Assembly: GCA_964581295.1 (NCBI GenBank)
Contig: CAZONX010000003.1
Location: 2,406-66,405 of the forward strand
DNA: 64,000 bases
Origin: an uncultured Acidimicrobiaceae bacterium
GTDB lineage: Bacteria; Actinomycetota; Acidimicrobiia; Spongiisociales; UBA5794
Direction of reading: 5' to 3'
Part shown: positions 54,965 through 64,000 of the stretch, piece after piece
How the letters are laid out: each line of letters opens with the position of its first letter
Position numbering within the stretch: the first letter of the stretch is position 1
Program-made: the position numbers and the translations under genes
Notes under the pieces: generated by a model
Database searches by the model: none
Seen by the model: only the letters and a program-made list of their open reading frames with translations
Told to the model about the DNA's origin: nothing

Positions 54965-56413
54965 TCAGTCTCCCGTCCAGGCCTTGCCTCCCAGCGCCAG
55001 GCGCTGATCCATCGCGGCGGGGCCCCAGGTACCGGCTTCGTAGCGGTGCGGCTCCGGGCGGTAGTCGAGGAGCGGGTCGTAGAGGCGCCATGATGCGGCC
55101 ACTTCGTCGGCTCGCACGAACAGAGTCTGGTCGCCTTCGATGACATCGAGGATCAAGGCCTGGTAGGCGTCGGGGAGCCTCCCGTAGACGTCGTCATGGC
55201 TGAAGTCCAGAGCCTGTGAGTCGAGCATGAGGGACTCTCCAGGCGCTTTCACGTTGAATTGCAGCGTGAAGCCTTCATCAGGTTGCAGGGTGATCAAGAG
55301 CACGTTCGGTTTCAAGACACACGCATCTCGATGTCCGTGAAAGATGCACAGTGGCGGACGCTGAAACGTGACGGCAATCTGAGTCAGTCGCTTCGGAAGA
55401 CGCTTGCCCGTTCGGAGGTAGAACGGCACACCCCGCCACCTCCACGTATCGACCTCGAGCCGAAGGCCGACGAACGTCGGCGTTCGCGAGTCGACAGCGA
55501 CATTGTCCTCGTCGCGATAGCCGGGGACCGCGATGCCGTCGATCGATCCGGCGTCGTACTGGCCGAATACGACGTTCTCGCGTCGGATCGGTGCGATCGC
55601 TTCGATCACCTTGACCTTTTCGTTGCGGATCCGCTCGGCGTCGAACGAGCTCGGCGGCTCCATGGCCACCAGTGCAAGGACCTGGGTGAGGTGGTTTTGC
55701 ACCATGTCGCGAAGGGCCCCAGCCGTTTCGTAGTATCCGGCCCGCGTCCCAATCCCGAGGTCTTCGCCGACGGTGATCTCGACGGACTCCACGCGCTCTC
55801 GGTTCCACACGCTCTCGAACATCGGATTCGCGAACCGGAACGCCAATAGGTTCTGCACCGTCTCCTTGCCCAGATAGTGATCAATCCGGTAGACCTGCGT
55901 CTCGTCGAAGGAATCATGCACCAGAGCGTTTAGCTCGCCTGCGGATTCCAGATCGGTCCCGATCGGCTTCTCGATTACGAGGCGGGTCCATCCAGGGCTC
56001 TCGTTCAGTCCGGCTTCTCCGAGACCTGTGATGGCGGAAGGAAATACCGCAGGGGGGAGGGCCAGATAGAAGGCTCGGTTCCCTGGGAGATCGCGGTCCG
56101 CTTCGATCGTTTCGATGCGGTGGCGCAGCCTTTCGTACGATCCCGGGTCCCGGTCGAGCGTTTGGTAGAAGACGTTCTCGTCGCACCACGCTTCGAGATC
56201 GTCGTCGCCGAGACCCGCTTCCTCCAGTGCTGAACGAGCCCACGACCGGTAGGCGTCATCGTTGAGATCGTTCGGGGCGACTCCCAGCAGAATGCACCGG
56301 CCGTCGATACCGTTCTCCGTGATGAGACGGTAGAGCGACGGGATCAATTTGCGGCGCGCAAGATCACCCGTCCCACCGAAGATGACGAAGACATGGCGCT
56401 CGACCTCAGCCAT
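54965..56413 (-). CDS. zwf: glucose-6-phosphate dehydrogenase
   Basis: FVIFGGTGDLARRKL NADP-binding motif, RIDHYLGKE active-site motif, 482 aa from MAEVERHV. The track ORF's upstream extension is Arg-rich and non-coding. Confidence 0.9.
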   Translation of the reverse strand: MAEVERHVFVIFGGTGDLARRKLIPSLYRLITENGIDGRCILLGVAPNDLNDDAYRSWARSALEEAGLGDDDLEAWCDENVFYQTLDRDPGSYERLRHRIETIEADRDLPGNRAFYLALPPAVFPSAITGLGEAGLNESPGWTRLVIEKPIGTDLESAGELNALVHDSFDETQVYRIDHYLGKETVQNLLAFRFANPMFESVWNRERVESVEITVGEDLGIGTRAGYYETAGALRDMVQNHLTQVLALVAMEPPSSFDAERIRNEKVKVIEAIAPIRRENVVFGQYDAGSIDGIAVPGYRDEDNVAVDSRTPTFVGLRLEVDTWRWRGVPFYLRTGKRLPKRLTQIAVTFQRPPLCIFHGHRDACVLKPNVLLITLQPDEGFTLQFNVKAPGESLMLDSQALDFSHDDVYGRLPDAYQALILDVIEGDQTLFVRADEVAASWRLYDPLLDYRPEPHRYEAGTWGPAAMDQRLALGGKAWTGD

Positions 56414-56415
56414 CG

Positions 56416-57324
56416 TCACGACTCCTGCTTGACGGCGTGTCCGCCGAACTGATTGCGCATCGCAGAGAGCAGCCGATCCGCGTAGTCCACCTCGTCGCGG
56501 GATCCGATCCGACGCATGAGGGACAGGGTGATCACCGGGGCGGAAACGTCCAGGTCGATCGCCTCGAACACGGTCCAGCGACCCTCGCCAGAGTCCGGGA
56601 CCCACGGCGCAATCCCTGCCATGGTCGGATTCTCGGAGAGCGCATTGGCGGTGAGGTCGAGCAGCCACGAGCGAACGACACTGCCGTCCTGCCAAATCGC
56701 GGCGATCTGGGAGAGATCAAAGCCGAATTCGTCCTTCGCCTCCATCAAGGCGAAACCTTCTGCGTATGCCTGCATGAGGCCGTACTCGATTCCATTGTGG
56801 ACCATCTTGACGTAGTGCCCTGCTCCAGAGTCTCCGGTGCGTCCCCATCCCTTGTCGGCAGCCGGTGCGAGCGTCTCGAAGATCGGCCGGAGGCGCTCTA
56901 CGACATCGACGTCGCCACCGACCATCATGGAGTAGCCCTCGGCAAGTCCCCAAACGCCGCCGCTGGTACCGACGTCGACGAAGTGGTGGCCGGAATTGCG
57001 GCACGTGGCGGCTCGGCGCAGCGTGTCCTTGTAGTTCGAGTTGCCGCCGTCGATGAGCGTGTCCCCCTCCTCGAGGTGGGGAAGGAGTGCCTCGATCGTG
57101 GCGTCGACGGGCTGACCAGCCGGCACCATGATCCAGATAGTGCGAGGTGACGGCAGTGCGGACACCAACTCCTCGAGTGTTCCGACTCCTTCGGCGCCGA
57201 TGTCGACGACTCCCTGAACCGAGTCGGGGTTGAGGTCGAAGCCGACCACGCGGTGCCCGCCGTTGACGAGCCGCTGGGTCATGTTGGCGCCCATCTTTCC
57301 CAGACCAATCATTCCGAGTTCCAT
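56416..57324 (-). CDS. gnd: 6-phosphogluconate dehydrogenase, decarboxylating, short (~300 aa) form
   Basis: MELGMIGLGKMGANM… Rossmann fold plus 6PGD C-terminal motifs (…GHYVKMVHNGIEYG…). RBS AAGGGAGAAC. Confidence 0.85.
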   Translation of the reverse strand: MELGMIGLGKMGANMTQRLVNGGHRVVGFDLNPDSVQGVVDIGAEGVGTLEELVSALPSPRTIWIMVPAGQPVDATIEALLPHLEEGDTLIDGGNSNYKDTLRRAATCRNSGHHFVDVGTSGGVWGLAEGYSMMVGGDVDVVERLRPIFETLAPAADKGWGRTGDSGAGHYVKMVHNGIEYGLMQAYAEGFALMEAKDEFGFDLSQIAAIWQDGSVVRSWLLDLTANALSENPTMAGIAPWVPDSGEGRWTVFEAIDLDVSAPVITLSLMRRIGSRDEVDYADRLLSAMRNQFGGHAVKQES

Positions 57325-57338
57325 GTTGTTCTCCCTTG

Positions 57339-57950
57339 TCATACGGCCACACCCAGCTCCCTGAGCGAGGTGCGCAATTGATCGGCGTTCTTGAAGTGGA
57401 TTGTTTGGATACCGGCCCGGTCTGCACATTCCAGGTTGAGTTCTCGGTCGTCGATGAACACGTACTGCTCGGGGCGGTGCTGGGTGATGTCGACGGCGAG
57501 GCGAAAGATGTGCTCTTCGGGTTTCTTGATTCCGAGGTAGCACGAAGACATGAACACTGAGAAGTGCTCTCGCAATCCGAATGTCTCGATCCGGTGGTCG
57601 TTCAGCTCTCTCGACTCGTTGTTCAGCGTTGCGAGCACGTATTCACCTGAGGCCGTGAGGTCGGCGAGTAGCGCCAGCGACTCCGGCATCGCCTCGGACT
57701 GGCCTTTCATGAAATCGATGAACTCGCCTTCGGTGAACGGCCGCTCTCGGTAGAAGACCGTCCGACGCAGGTACTCCGTGATGGTGAGTTTCCCGGTCTC
57801 GAAGTCCGGGGCAACGAACTCGTGTCGGTCCTGGAAGTCCTCCCAATCGAGATCGAACCGTTGGCAAGCCAGGCGTCGTGCTTCGCGGTCCCAGCCGTTC
57901 GTGAGGAGTACGCCTCCCACGTCGAAGAGCAGCACCTTGACATCAGGCAT
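57339..57950 (-). CDS. HAD-superfamily hydrolase (phosphatase, HAD-IA-like)
   Basis: N-terminal DxG motif (LLFDVGGVL), C-terminal FIDDRELNLECA (motif IV). Confidence 0.75.
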   Translation of the reverse strand: MPDVKVLLFDVGGVLLTNGWDREARRLACQRFDLDWEDFQDRHEFVAPDFETGKLTITEYLRRTVFYRERPFTEGEFIDFMKGQSEAMPESLALLADLTASGEYVLATLNNESRELNDHRIETFGLREHFSVFMSSCYLGIKKPEEHIFRLAVDITQHRPEQYVFIDDRELNLECADRAGIQTIHFKNADQLRTSLRELGVAV

Positions 57951-60687
57951 TCAGCACCTCCTCGAGCACGGCCAGTCCCCTGGCGGGGTCGTCGCTCAGG
58001 TTCACGCGCAGCACCCGACGTTCACGGGCAGTCAGCGCCTGATAGTCGCCGACCGCCTGCGCAACAATGAGCTCGCCGAACGTGTAGTCGGTACCGGGCA
58101 CTTCGAGGTCATCCGGTGTGTCATCCACGAGCTGGAGGAACATGCCACTGTTGGGGCCGCCCTTATGGAACTGGCCGGTCGAGTGCAGGAAGCGAGGACC
58201 GTAGCCGACCGTCGTCGCGACATGCAGTCGATCCCGCAGACCTAGTCGGATCCTCTGGAGGGCCTCGGTCGTTGGGCTATCGGGTCGGAGGTATGCCTGT
58301 ATCGACACATAGTCACCCGGGTGCGCTTCCTCCAGCCAATCAAGAACCGCATTGTTGAGTACGTCCTGCTCGTGGACGTCTACCTCCTCGAGGCCGTCTG
58401 TATCGAGGTCTCCTGCCATCGCGCGACGTGCGAGTTCCTTGGCGTGCTGGACGTCGGGCTGGTTGAACGGGTGGATGCCCATGGCGGCGCTCGCGGCAGC
58501 GACCGCGAGCTCGGCACGGAAGATCTCCGCTCCCATGTCCTCTCTCTCGTAGAGGCGAATGCGAGCAACGGGGCAACCCGAGGCCTCGAGAGCATCAACC
58601 TGCGCCGACTGCTCGTCATCGTGGTCACCAACGTATGAAAGGTAGACAAAGAAGCGATCGTCGCCGTAGACGTCGGGCGGGCCGACCGGCTCATCGGCTA
58701 CGGGGAGGATGCCGGCGTCGTCCTTGCCGGTGCTCTCGGCGACGAGCTGCTCCAACCAACTGGGGAAGGCGGCGAGGGACGGGGAGACCAGGAACGTCAC
58801 CTTGTCGACTCCGTCGAGCGCAAGTTCGCCGAGTGCTGCTCCAAGCCGAAGCGCAGGACTGTAGGGCTCGGGGACACAGACCGCCGATGCTTCCGCCATG
58901 CGCCATGCGCGATCAGTGAGCCGATGAACATCGACGCCGATCAGGGCTGCCGGCACAAGCCCGAATGCGGTCAGCGCGGAATAGCGCCCGCCGACATCGG
59001 GGGTGGCTTCGATCACTCCGCGGAAGCTGTGCTCCCTGGCGAGGTCGATCAATGAGGTTCCCGGGTCGGTGATTGCGATGAAGTGATCGCCGGGACGATT
59101 GGTGACAGCAGATACTTGATCCCAGAAGTAGCGGAAGAACGAGAGTGGCTCGATCGTGTCGCCCGACTTGCTGGCGACGACGAACAGGGTCGTTGCCGGA
59201 TCGATGAGGTCGTGTATTGCCCGTACGGCTCCGGGGTGGGTGCTGTCGAGTGTGATGAGTTCGGGATAGCCGGATCGATTGCCGAAGGTGCGTTGGTAGA
59301 CCTCCGGGGCAAGACTCGACCCACCCATGCCGAGGAGGACAACGCGTTCGATTCCGTCGCGCCGTACCTGTTCGGCAAGCGCGACGTAGTCGTCGAGGAC
59401 TTCCTGCATGGTTTCGGGAAGGGTGAGCCAGCCGAGCCGGTCGACGATCTCCGGTTGAGGCTGCTCGCTCCACAAACGGTGGTCCTTGGACCAGAGTCCA
59501 AGTGAGAACCCGGTCCGGGTCCAGTCTTCCAGCCGGTCCTGGACGGCTGAGCCATACGACCCGAGGCTGAGCGTCTGATCGTTGGGGATCTGGCCGCGCA
59601 ACTTGGAGCTCTTCTCATGCAGAGCGTGCAGGAGTTGGTGGAACGACTCAGTGAATGCCGCGAGACCCTGGTCTTGGAGATCGTCGGTGATGTCTTGAAG
59701 ATCCATGCCTAGGGCGGCAAGGCTCGCGAGCGCGATGTCGGCATCTGCGACGTCTTCGGTAAGCGTCGATCCGTGCGGCAAGCCGTGGTGCTGGAACGCT
59801 GCCAAGGTTGCCGGGGGAACGGTATTAACGGTGTTGGGACCAACCAACTCCTCGACGTACAGGACGTCCGAGTACGAGGGATTCTTCGTTCCGGTGCTCG
59901 CCCACAACACACGCTGGGGTCGACCGCCGCGGGAGCGGAGGGCGTCGAATCCGGGACCTTCGAAGAGTTCCTGATAGCGGCGGTAGGCCACCTTGGCGTT
60001 CGCCACCGCGATCTTTCCCTTCAGGTCGAGCGCTGCGGCGCTGCCGATGGCCTCCAACTGGCGGTCCACGGCGGTGTCGACACGGCTCACGAAGAACGAG
60101 GCGACCGAGGCGACTCGGGACGGGTCGGCAGCGCGTTCGAGACCGCGGAGGTAGGCACCAGCGACCTGCTCGTAGTGCTCGAGCGAGAACAGGAGTGTCA
60201 CATTGACGTTGATGCCTTCAGCGATCAGCTGTTCGACGGCGGATATTCCCTCGGTGGTCGCCGGTACCTTGATCATGAGATTGGGCCGGTCGACGACACG
60301 CCACAGGCGCCTGGCCTCCTCAACGGTCGCTTCGGTCTCCCGAGCAAGGTCCGGTGACACTTCGAGACTGACGTAGCCGTCTGCGCCGTCGGTAGCGTCG
60401 TAGACAGGTCGCAGTGTGTCCGCTGCTCGTTGAATGTCGTCGACGGCAATGCGGTCGAAGAGGCTCGAGGGTGCGATGCAGGCGTCGGCCTCGATGTAGC
60501 GGGCGAGGTCGGCGTCGTAGTCCTGGCTTCCGGCGATCGCCTTCTCGAAGATGGACGGGTTGCTTGTGACGCCACGGATGCCCTGGCCGATGAGGCGATC
60601 GAGTTCGCCGCTGCTGAGGAGTTCGCGGCGGATGTAGTCGAGCCAGATGGACTGGCCGGCGTCTTGGAGTGCCGTGATCGGATTCAT
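57943..60687 (-). CDS. bifunctional transaldolase / glucose-6-phosphate isomerase fusion
   Basis: 914 aa from [11 protein letters not shown] (RBS GAAGGAGAC). N-terminal ~360 aa is transaldolase (…[12 protein letters not shown]…). C-terminal ~550 aa is a PGI/SIS domain (…[15 protein letters not shown]…). The upstream part of the track ORF is non-coding. Confidence 0.85.
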   Translation of the reverse strand: MNPITALQDAGQSIWLDYIRRELLSSGELDRLIGQGIRGVTSNPSIFEKAIAGSQDYDADLARYIEADACIAPSSLFDRIAVDDIQRAADTLRPVYDATDGADGYVSLEVSPDLARETEATVEEARRLWRVVDRPNLMIKVPATTEGISAVEQLIAEGINVNVTLLFSLEHYEQVAGAYLRGLERAADPSRVASVASFFVSRVDTAVDRQLEAIGSAAALDLKGKIAVANAKVAYRRYQELFEGPGFDALRSRGGRPQRVLWASTGTKNPSYSDVLYVEELVGPNTVNTVPPATLAAFQHHGLPHGSTLTEDVADADIALASLAALGMDLQDITDDLQDQGLAAFTESFHQLLHALHEKSSKLRGQIPNDQTLSLGSYGSAVQDRLEDWTRTGFSLGLWSKDHRLWSEQPQPEIVDRLGWLTLPETMQEVLDDYVALAEQVRRDGIERVVLLGMGGSSLAPEVYQRTFGNRSGYPELITLDSTHPGAVRAIHDLIDPATTLFVVASKSGDTIEPLSFFRYFWDQVSAVTNRPGDHFIAITDPGTSLIDLAREHSFRGVIEATPDVGGRYSALTAFGLVPAALIGVDVHRLTDRAWRMAEASAVCVPEPYSPALRLGAALGELALDGVDKVTFLVSPSLAAFPSWLEQLVAESTGKDDAGILPVADEPVGPPDVYGDDRFFVYLSYVGDHDDEQSAQVDALEASGCPVARIRLYEREDMGAEIFRAELAVAAASAAMGIHPFNQPDVQHAKELARRAMAGDLDTDGLEEVDVHEQDVLNNAVLDWLEEAHPGDYVSIQAYLRPDSPTTEALQRIRLGLRDRLHVATTVGYGPRFLHSTGQFHKGGPNSGMFLQLVDDTPDDLEVPGTDYTFGELIVAQAVGDYQALTARERRVLRVNLSDDPARGLAVLEEVLNA

Positions 60688-61163
60688 GCTTGTGTCTCCT
60701 TCTTCGAGTCGTGTTGTCCTGTCTCTATCGCCCGCACCTTGGCGAGGCGTCGGAGGTGGCGTTCTTCGCCTGAGAAGACTGCGTTGCTGAACGCCGAGGC
60801 CAACTCCCTGGCGACCGCCTGGCCGATCACGCGGCCGCCAAGTACAAGGACGTTCATGTCGTCGTGTTCGACCCCTTGCCGGGCCGAGTAGGTGTCGTGA
60901 GCCAAGCCGGCACGGATCCCTGTGAGCTTGTTCGCCGCGACGGAAGCACCGACACCGCTGCCACACACGATGATGCCGCGGTCGGCTCTGCCATCGAGGA
61001 CCGCTCTGCCTACGGCCTCGGCGAAGTCGGGATAGTCGACCGGCTCGGGACCGTGTGTTCCAAGGTCGACGATGACGTGACCCTGCCCATCGAGGAGAGC
61101 GATGAGGTCGTCCTTGATCTCATAGCCGGCATGGTCTGCGCCGAGGGCGAAGCGCATCGTCAC
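60684..61163 (-). CDS. rpiB: ribose-5-phosphate isomerase B
   Basis: [16 protein letters not shown]…[19 protein letters not shown] overlaps on both sides. Confidence 0.85.
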   Translation of the reverse strand: MTMRFALGADHAGYEIKDDLIALLDGQGHVIVDLGTHGPEPVDYPDFAEAVGRAVLDGRADRGIIVCGSGVGASVAANKLTGIRAGLAHDTYSARQGVEHDDMNVLVLGGRVIGQAVARELASAFSNAVFSGEERHLRRLAKVRAIETGQHDSKKETQA

Positions 61164-63154
61164 GACCTCCCGACGAGTGCCGTTGCTCGCTCCACGACGT
61201 GATCCACGGTGAATCCCAAATCGGCGTAAACGTCCGGACCGGGTCCCGATGCTCCGAATCGATCGATCGAGATGACTTCGCCGCTGTCGCCGACGAACTC
61301 ATGCCACCCCATGCTGTGAGCAGCCTCGATCGCCAGTCTGGGCACGCCGACGGGCAACACAGATTCGCGGTACTCGTCTGACTGCTCGCGAAAGATCTCC
61401 CACGACGGCAACGAAACGACCCGGGCAGCAATACTCATGTCGGCAAGACGATCCGCAGCGTCGAGGGCAAGGCTCACCTCCGAACCTGTGGCGATGAGAG
61501 TCACCTGGGGGCTCTCACGGTCGGCCCCCCGAATGACGTAGCCACCGCTGGGGACTCCTTCGCTCACGGGATAATGATCGGTTGCGAGCACCGGCAGCTT
61601 CTGGCGGGTGAGGACAAGCACCGTGGGTCCCGGCCGTTCAACCGCGATTCGCCATGCTGCGACCGTCTCGTTCGCATCGGCGGGTCGCAGGACCACGATC
61701 CCCGGGATCGACCGCAGGCTCGCAAGGTGTTCGACCGGCTGGTGGGTCGGCCCGTCTTCGCCGACCGCGATGCTGTCGTGGGTGAACACGTAGACCGCGT
61801 GGGTCTGCATCACTGCCGAGAGGCGGAGGGCAGGACGCAGATAGTCGGCAAACACGAAGAACGTCGCGCCGAAGGGCAGAACGCCGCCGTGCAGCGCCAT
61901 CCCGTTGATGATGGCGCCCATGGCGTGCTCTCGAATGCCGAAGTGGATATTGCGGCCGGAACCGTTGTCGAGCCCGAAGTCTCCAAGCCCGATCAGCTCG
62001 GTCTTCGTCGATGGATTCAGATCTGCGGAGCCGCCGATGAAGGTCGGGTAGCCGCGAGCAATACCGTTCATCACCGCGCCGGAGGCGTCGCGGGTCGAGA
62101 CGGGTCCCCCGTCCGGATCGAATGCGGGGATCTGCCCGGCCCATCCCTCTGGCGCGCGCCCCTCAACGGCTTCGTCGAACTCTGCTGCGAGCTCGGGGTA
62201 CTCGTTGCGGTAGCGTGCGAGAAGACGAGTCCATGCCGCATTACGATCGCTGCCTTCGTCCCGTGATCGTACGAAGTGGGCGGCGGCCTCGTCGGGAACG
62301 AAGAAGGACGGTTCGGTCGGCCATCCGAGCGCCTCCTTGGTGGCTGCGACGCCGTCGGCGCCGAGCGGCTCCCCGTGAACCGCCGCTGTGTCCTGGCGCG
62401 GGCTGCCGAAACCGATGTGGTTCCTGACCATGATCAACGACGGGCGCTGGCTGGCTCTGGCTGCCTCGATTGCACCCTCGATCGCATCGAGGTCGGTGCC
62501 GTCGGCGACTCGGAGGACCTGCCATCCGTAGGCCTCGAATCTGCGTTCGACGTCTTCGCGGAAGGCGAGGTCGGTGTCGCCTTCGATCGAGATGTGGTTG
62601 TCGTCGTAGAGGTAGATCAACTTGCCGAGACCGAGTGTTCCTGCCAGTGAAGCCGCTTCGGATGAGATGCCTTCCATGAGGTCGCCATCCGAGACGATTG
62701 CATACGTGGTGTGGTCCACGATTGGGAAGTCGGGGCGGTTGAAGTGGGATGCGAGGAAGCGTTCGGCGATAGCCATGCCGACCCCCATGGCGAATCCCTG
62801 ACCAAGGGGCCCGGTCGTGGCCTCGACGCCGGCAGTGTGTCCGTACTCGGGGTGTCCCGGTGTCGCGCTGCCGGTCTGGCGGAAGCGGCGGACCTCGTCC
62901 ATGTGAAGTCCGTACCCGTAGACGTGGAGGAGCGCGTAGAGCATCGCCGAACCATGACCGGGTGACAGGACGAATCGGTCTCTGTTGAACCATGAGGGAT
63001 CTGTAGGGTCGTGGCGGAGGAAGCGGTCCCATAGCGTGTAGGCCATCGGCGCTGCACCGAGGGGCAGACCCGGGTGCCCGGAGTTGGCTTGTTCCACCGC
63101 GTCGACGGCGAGAAAGCGGATCGTGTTGACGTTGATCTGATCGAGGTCGGTCAT
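61160..63154 (-). CDS. tkt: transketolase
   Basis: 664 aa, …[19 protein letters not shown]… ThDP motif plus Pyr and C-terminal domains. RBS AAAGGA. First gene of the tkt-rpiB-tal/pgi-HAD-gnd-zwf operon. Confidence 0.9.
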   Translation of the reverse strand: MTDLDQINVNTIRFLAVDAVEQANSGHPGLPLGAAPMAYTLWDRFLRHDPTDPSWFNRDRFVLSPGHGSAMLYALLHVYGYGLHMDEVRRFRQTGSATPGHPEYGHTAGVEATTGPLGQGFAMGVGMAIAERFLASHFNRPDFPIVDHTTYAIVSDGDLMEGISSEAASLAGTLGLGKLIYLYDDNHISIEGDTDLAFREDVERRFEAYGWQVLRVADGTDLDAIEGAIEAARASQRPSLIMVRNHIGFGSPRQDTAAVHGEPLGADGVAATKEALGWPTEPSFFVPDEAAAHFVRSRDEGSDRNAAWTRLLARYRNEYPELAAEFDEAVEGRAPEGWAGQIPAFDPDGGPVSTRDASGAVMNGIARGYPTFIGGSADLNPSTKTELIGLGDFGLDNGSGRNIHFGIREHAMGAIINGMALHGGVLPFGATFFVFADYLRPALRLSAVMQTHAVYVFTHDSIAVGEDGPTHQPVEHLASLRSIPGIVVLRPADANETVAAWRIAVERPGPTVLVLTRQKLPVLATDHYPVSEGVPSGGYVIRGADRESPQVTLIATGSEVSLALDAADRLADMSIAARVVSLPSWEIFREQSDEYRESVLPVGVPRLAIEAAHSMGWHEFVGDSGEVISIDRFGASGPGPDVYADLGFTVDHVVERATALVGRS

Positions 63155-63734
63155 GGGGGTCCTTTGGGTTGGTTAGCCGATCGCCGGAGTCGTGAGCTTG
63201 CGAAGTGGTTCCGGGACTCTCAGTAGGTCAAGCGAGGGACCGGTCCAAATATGCCCGAGTTGCCTCGCGTCAAGACCACAGCCACACCATTGGGCCCAAC
63301 CGATCCGCCCCACGTGGCCACTCGACCGGCTCCACGTCGCGCGACGAGGAGCGCGAGTCGATACAGGCGACTGCCGATGACGTTCGCCATCTCGAACAGT
63401 GCCTCGGCCAGCCAACCGTCCGACGCGGGGCTTTGCGGATGGAGTGTCGGCTAGCGGGTCCGCGGATGCAATACCTGTCGCTCACCCAGCGGTCCGACCG
63501 AGCGCGGATCCGATCAGCAGCCCCTTCCCCGGTCGGGACGCTGGCTTGCTCCCGGCTCTGGCTGTGGTCGCGACTTCTCGTCCTCGCCGGAATCAACCCC
63601 CCGAGGCTCTAAGCGGAACTGACCCGTTGACCCGTTGGCAGCGAGTCAATCACCATTCTCGGCAATCACCGGCAAACGCGGCCGACCAAGATACAACCGA
63701 GAAATCCGCAGGCCAGACACAGCAGTTCGGGAGC

Positions 63735-63851
63735 GCCAATGCAAAGACCCCTTGCACGACAAGGGGTCTTTGCATACTCCTTCGGAGTCCGTTGCACGCC
63801 CAGCGGAACTCGACCCTGTCGCTTTGCGACGGGCCCCATCCTCCTGATCCG
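63735..63851. repeat. ~118-bp three-hairpin intergenic element, copy 2
   Basis: Matches 45998..46116. Here the first hairpin extends to a perfect 15-bp stem (TGCAAAGACCCCTTG / CAAGGGGTCTTTGCA). Confidence 0.6.
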
Positions 63852-64000
63852 CAAATCTCCAAGGGGTGTCCACAGGCGTCCAGAGCTATTGGCTCCCAGC
63901 GAGGGCACTGGCCAGAGCAGTGCGGCAGGAGTACATGCTTCCGCAGCGACCCATACATGGCCCGGAACGTCTGCAGGGCAAGGATTATCGGTTGCGGGAT

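Noticed and set aside
63155-64000. Small ORFs (63173..63415, 63205..63612, 63270..63596, 63650..63958) upstream of tkt
   Set aside because: Arg-rich, mutually overlapping in different frames, no motifs. The region is better explained as a promoter/leader plus the repeat element. A gene truncated by the window edge cannot be excluded.
1-64000. CRISPR arrays, rRNA/tRNA genes, transposases/integrases, prophage genes
   Set aside because: None found. There are no regularly spaced direct repeats, no tRNA-like cloverleaf candidates, and no transposase or integrase signatures. The only mobile-type gene is the DUF222/HNH (REP13E12-like) nuclease at 31857-33125, which has no flanking inverted repeats visible here.

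Overview
High-GC, actinobacterium-like chromosomal segment of 64 kb, densely coding, with about 55 protein genes and no rRNA, tRNA, CRISPR or obvious IS/transposase. Many minus-strand genes are joined by ATGA/ATGTTTGA start-stop overlaps, indicating translationally coupled operons. Main content, left to right:

- **Two paralogous molybdenum-hydroxylase operons** on the minus strand (xanthine-dehydrogenase / aldehyde-oxidase type, FAD + 2Fe-2S + Mo subunits). The first also carries an HprK-like P-loop protein, a cyclase-family protein and a Zn-ADH. The second also carries a VOC protein. Embedded between them are a GntR(FCD) regulator and a 584-aa PEP-utilizing phosphohistidine-swivel protein resembling PpsA or RPH.
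- **A Liv-type ABC importer** (two permeases, two ATPases, a lipoprotein SBP last), with a strong terminator after it.
- **An AhpD-like – Tyr-phosphatase – truncated PPDK-like – UPF0261 (Tm-1-like) operon**, followed by an AraC/GyrI regulator.
- **Miscellaneous genes**: TsaA-like, an alpha/beta-hydrolase translationally coupled to a radical SAM gene, a DAGK-like lipid kinase with a PAP2 phosphatase, a DUF222/HNH nuclease, a beta-propeller lipoprotein, a GGDEF cyclase, an AAA ATPase, MFS transporters, an SDR–TetR pair, a MacB/FtsX-type ABC exporter, an SdsA1-like sulfatase, a SigR/RsrA-like ECF sigma and ZAS anti-sigma pair, GDE and GH63-like glycosidases, and YjeF_N.
- **A pentose-phosphate operon**: tkt – rpiB – tal/pgi fusion – HAD – short gnd – zwf.

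Most notable observations:

1. A peroxiredoxin-like gene with an in-frame TGA exactly at the resolving CxxC cysteine (GDW-TGA-PYC), followed by a SECIS-like hairpin with a GGUC apical loop. This is a candidate selenoprotein that the ORF track split.
2. A 12-bp AT-rich perfect palindrome, ATAATCGATTAT, present three times in intergenic regions of this GC-rich DNA, twice overlapping -10 promoter hexamers. It links the PpsA-like gene, the Mo-hydroxylase and Liv divergent promoters, and the AhpD–PTP–PPDK-like–UPF0261 operon into a putative regulon.
3. The unusual PPDK-N-terminal-like protein lacking the PEP/pyruvate TIM barrel, sitting next to UPF0261.
4. A ~118-bp three-hairpin element present in two copies (45998-46116 and 63735-63851).

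Coordinates follow the supplied ORF track. Starts were refined from RBS and overlap logic and could be off by a few codons.
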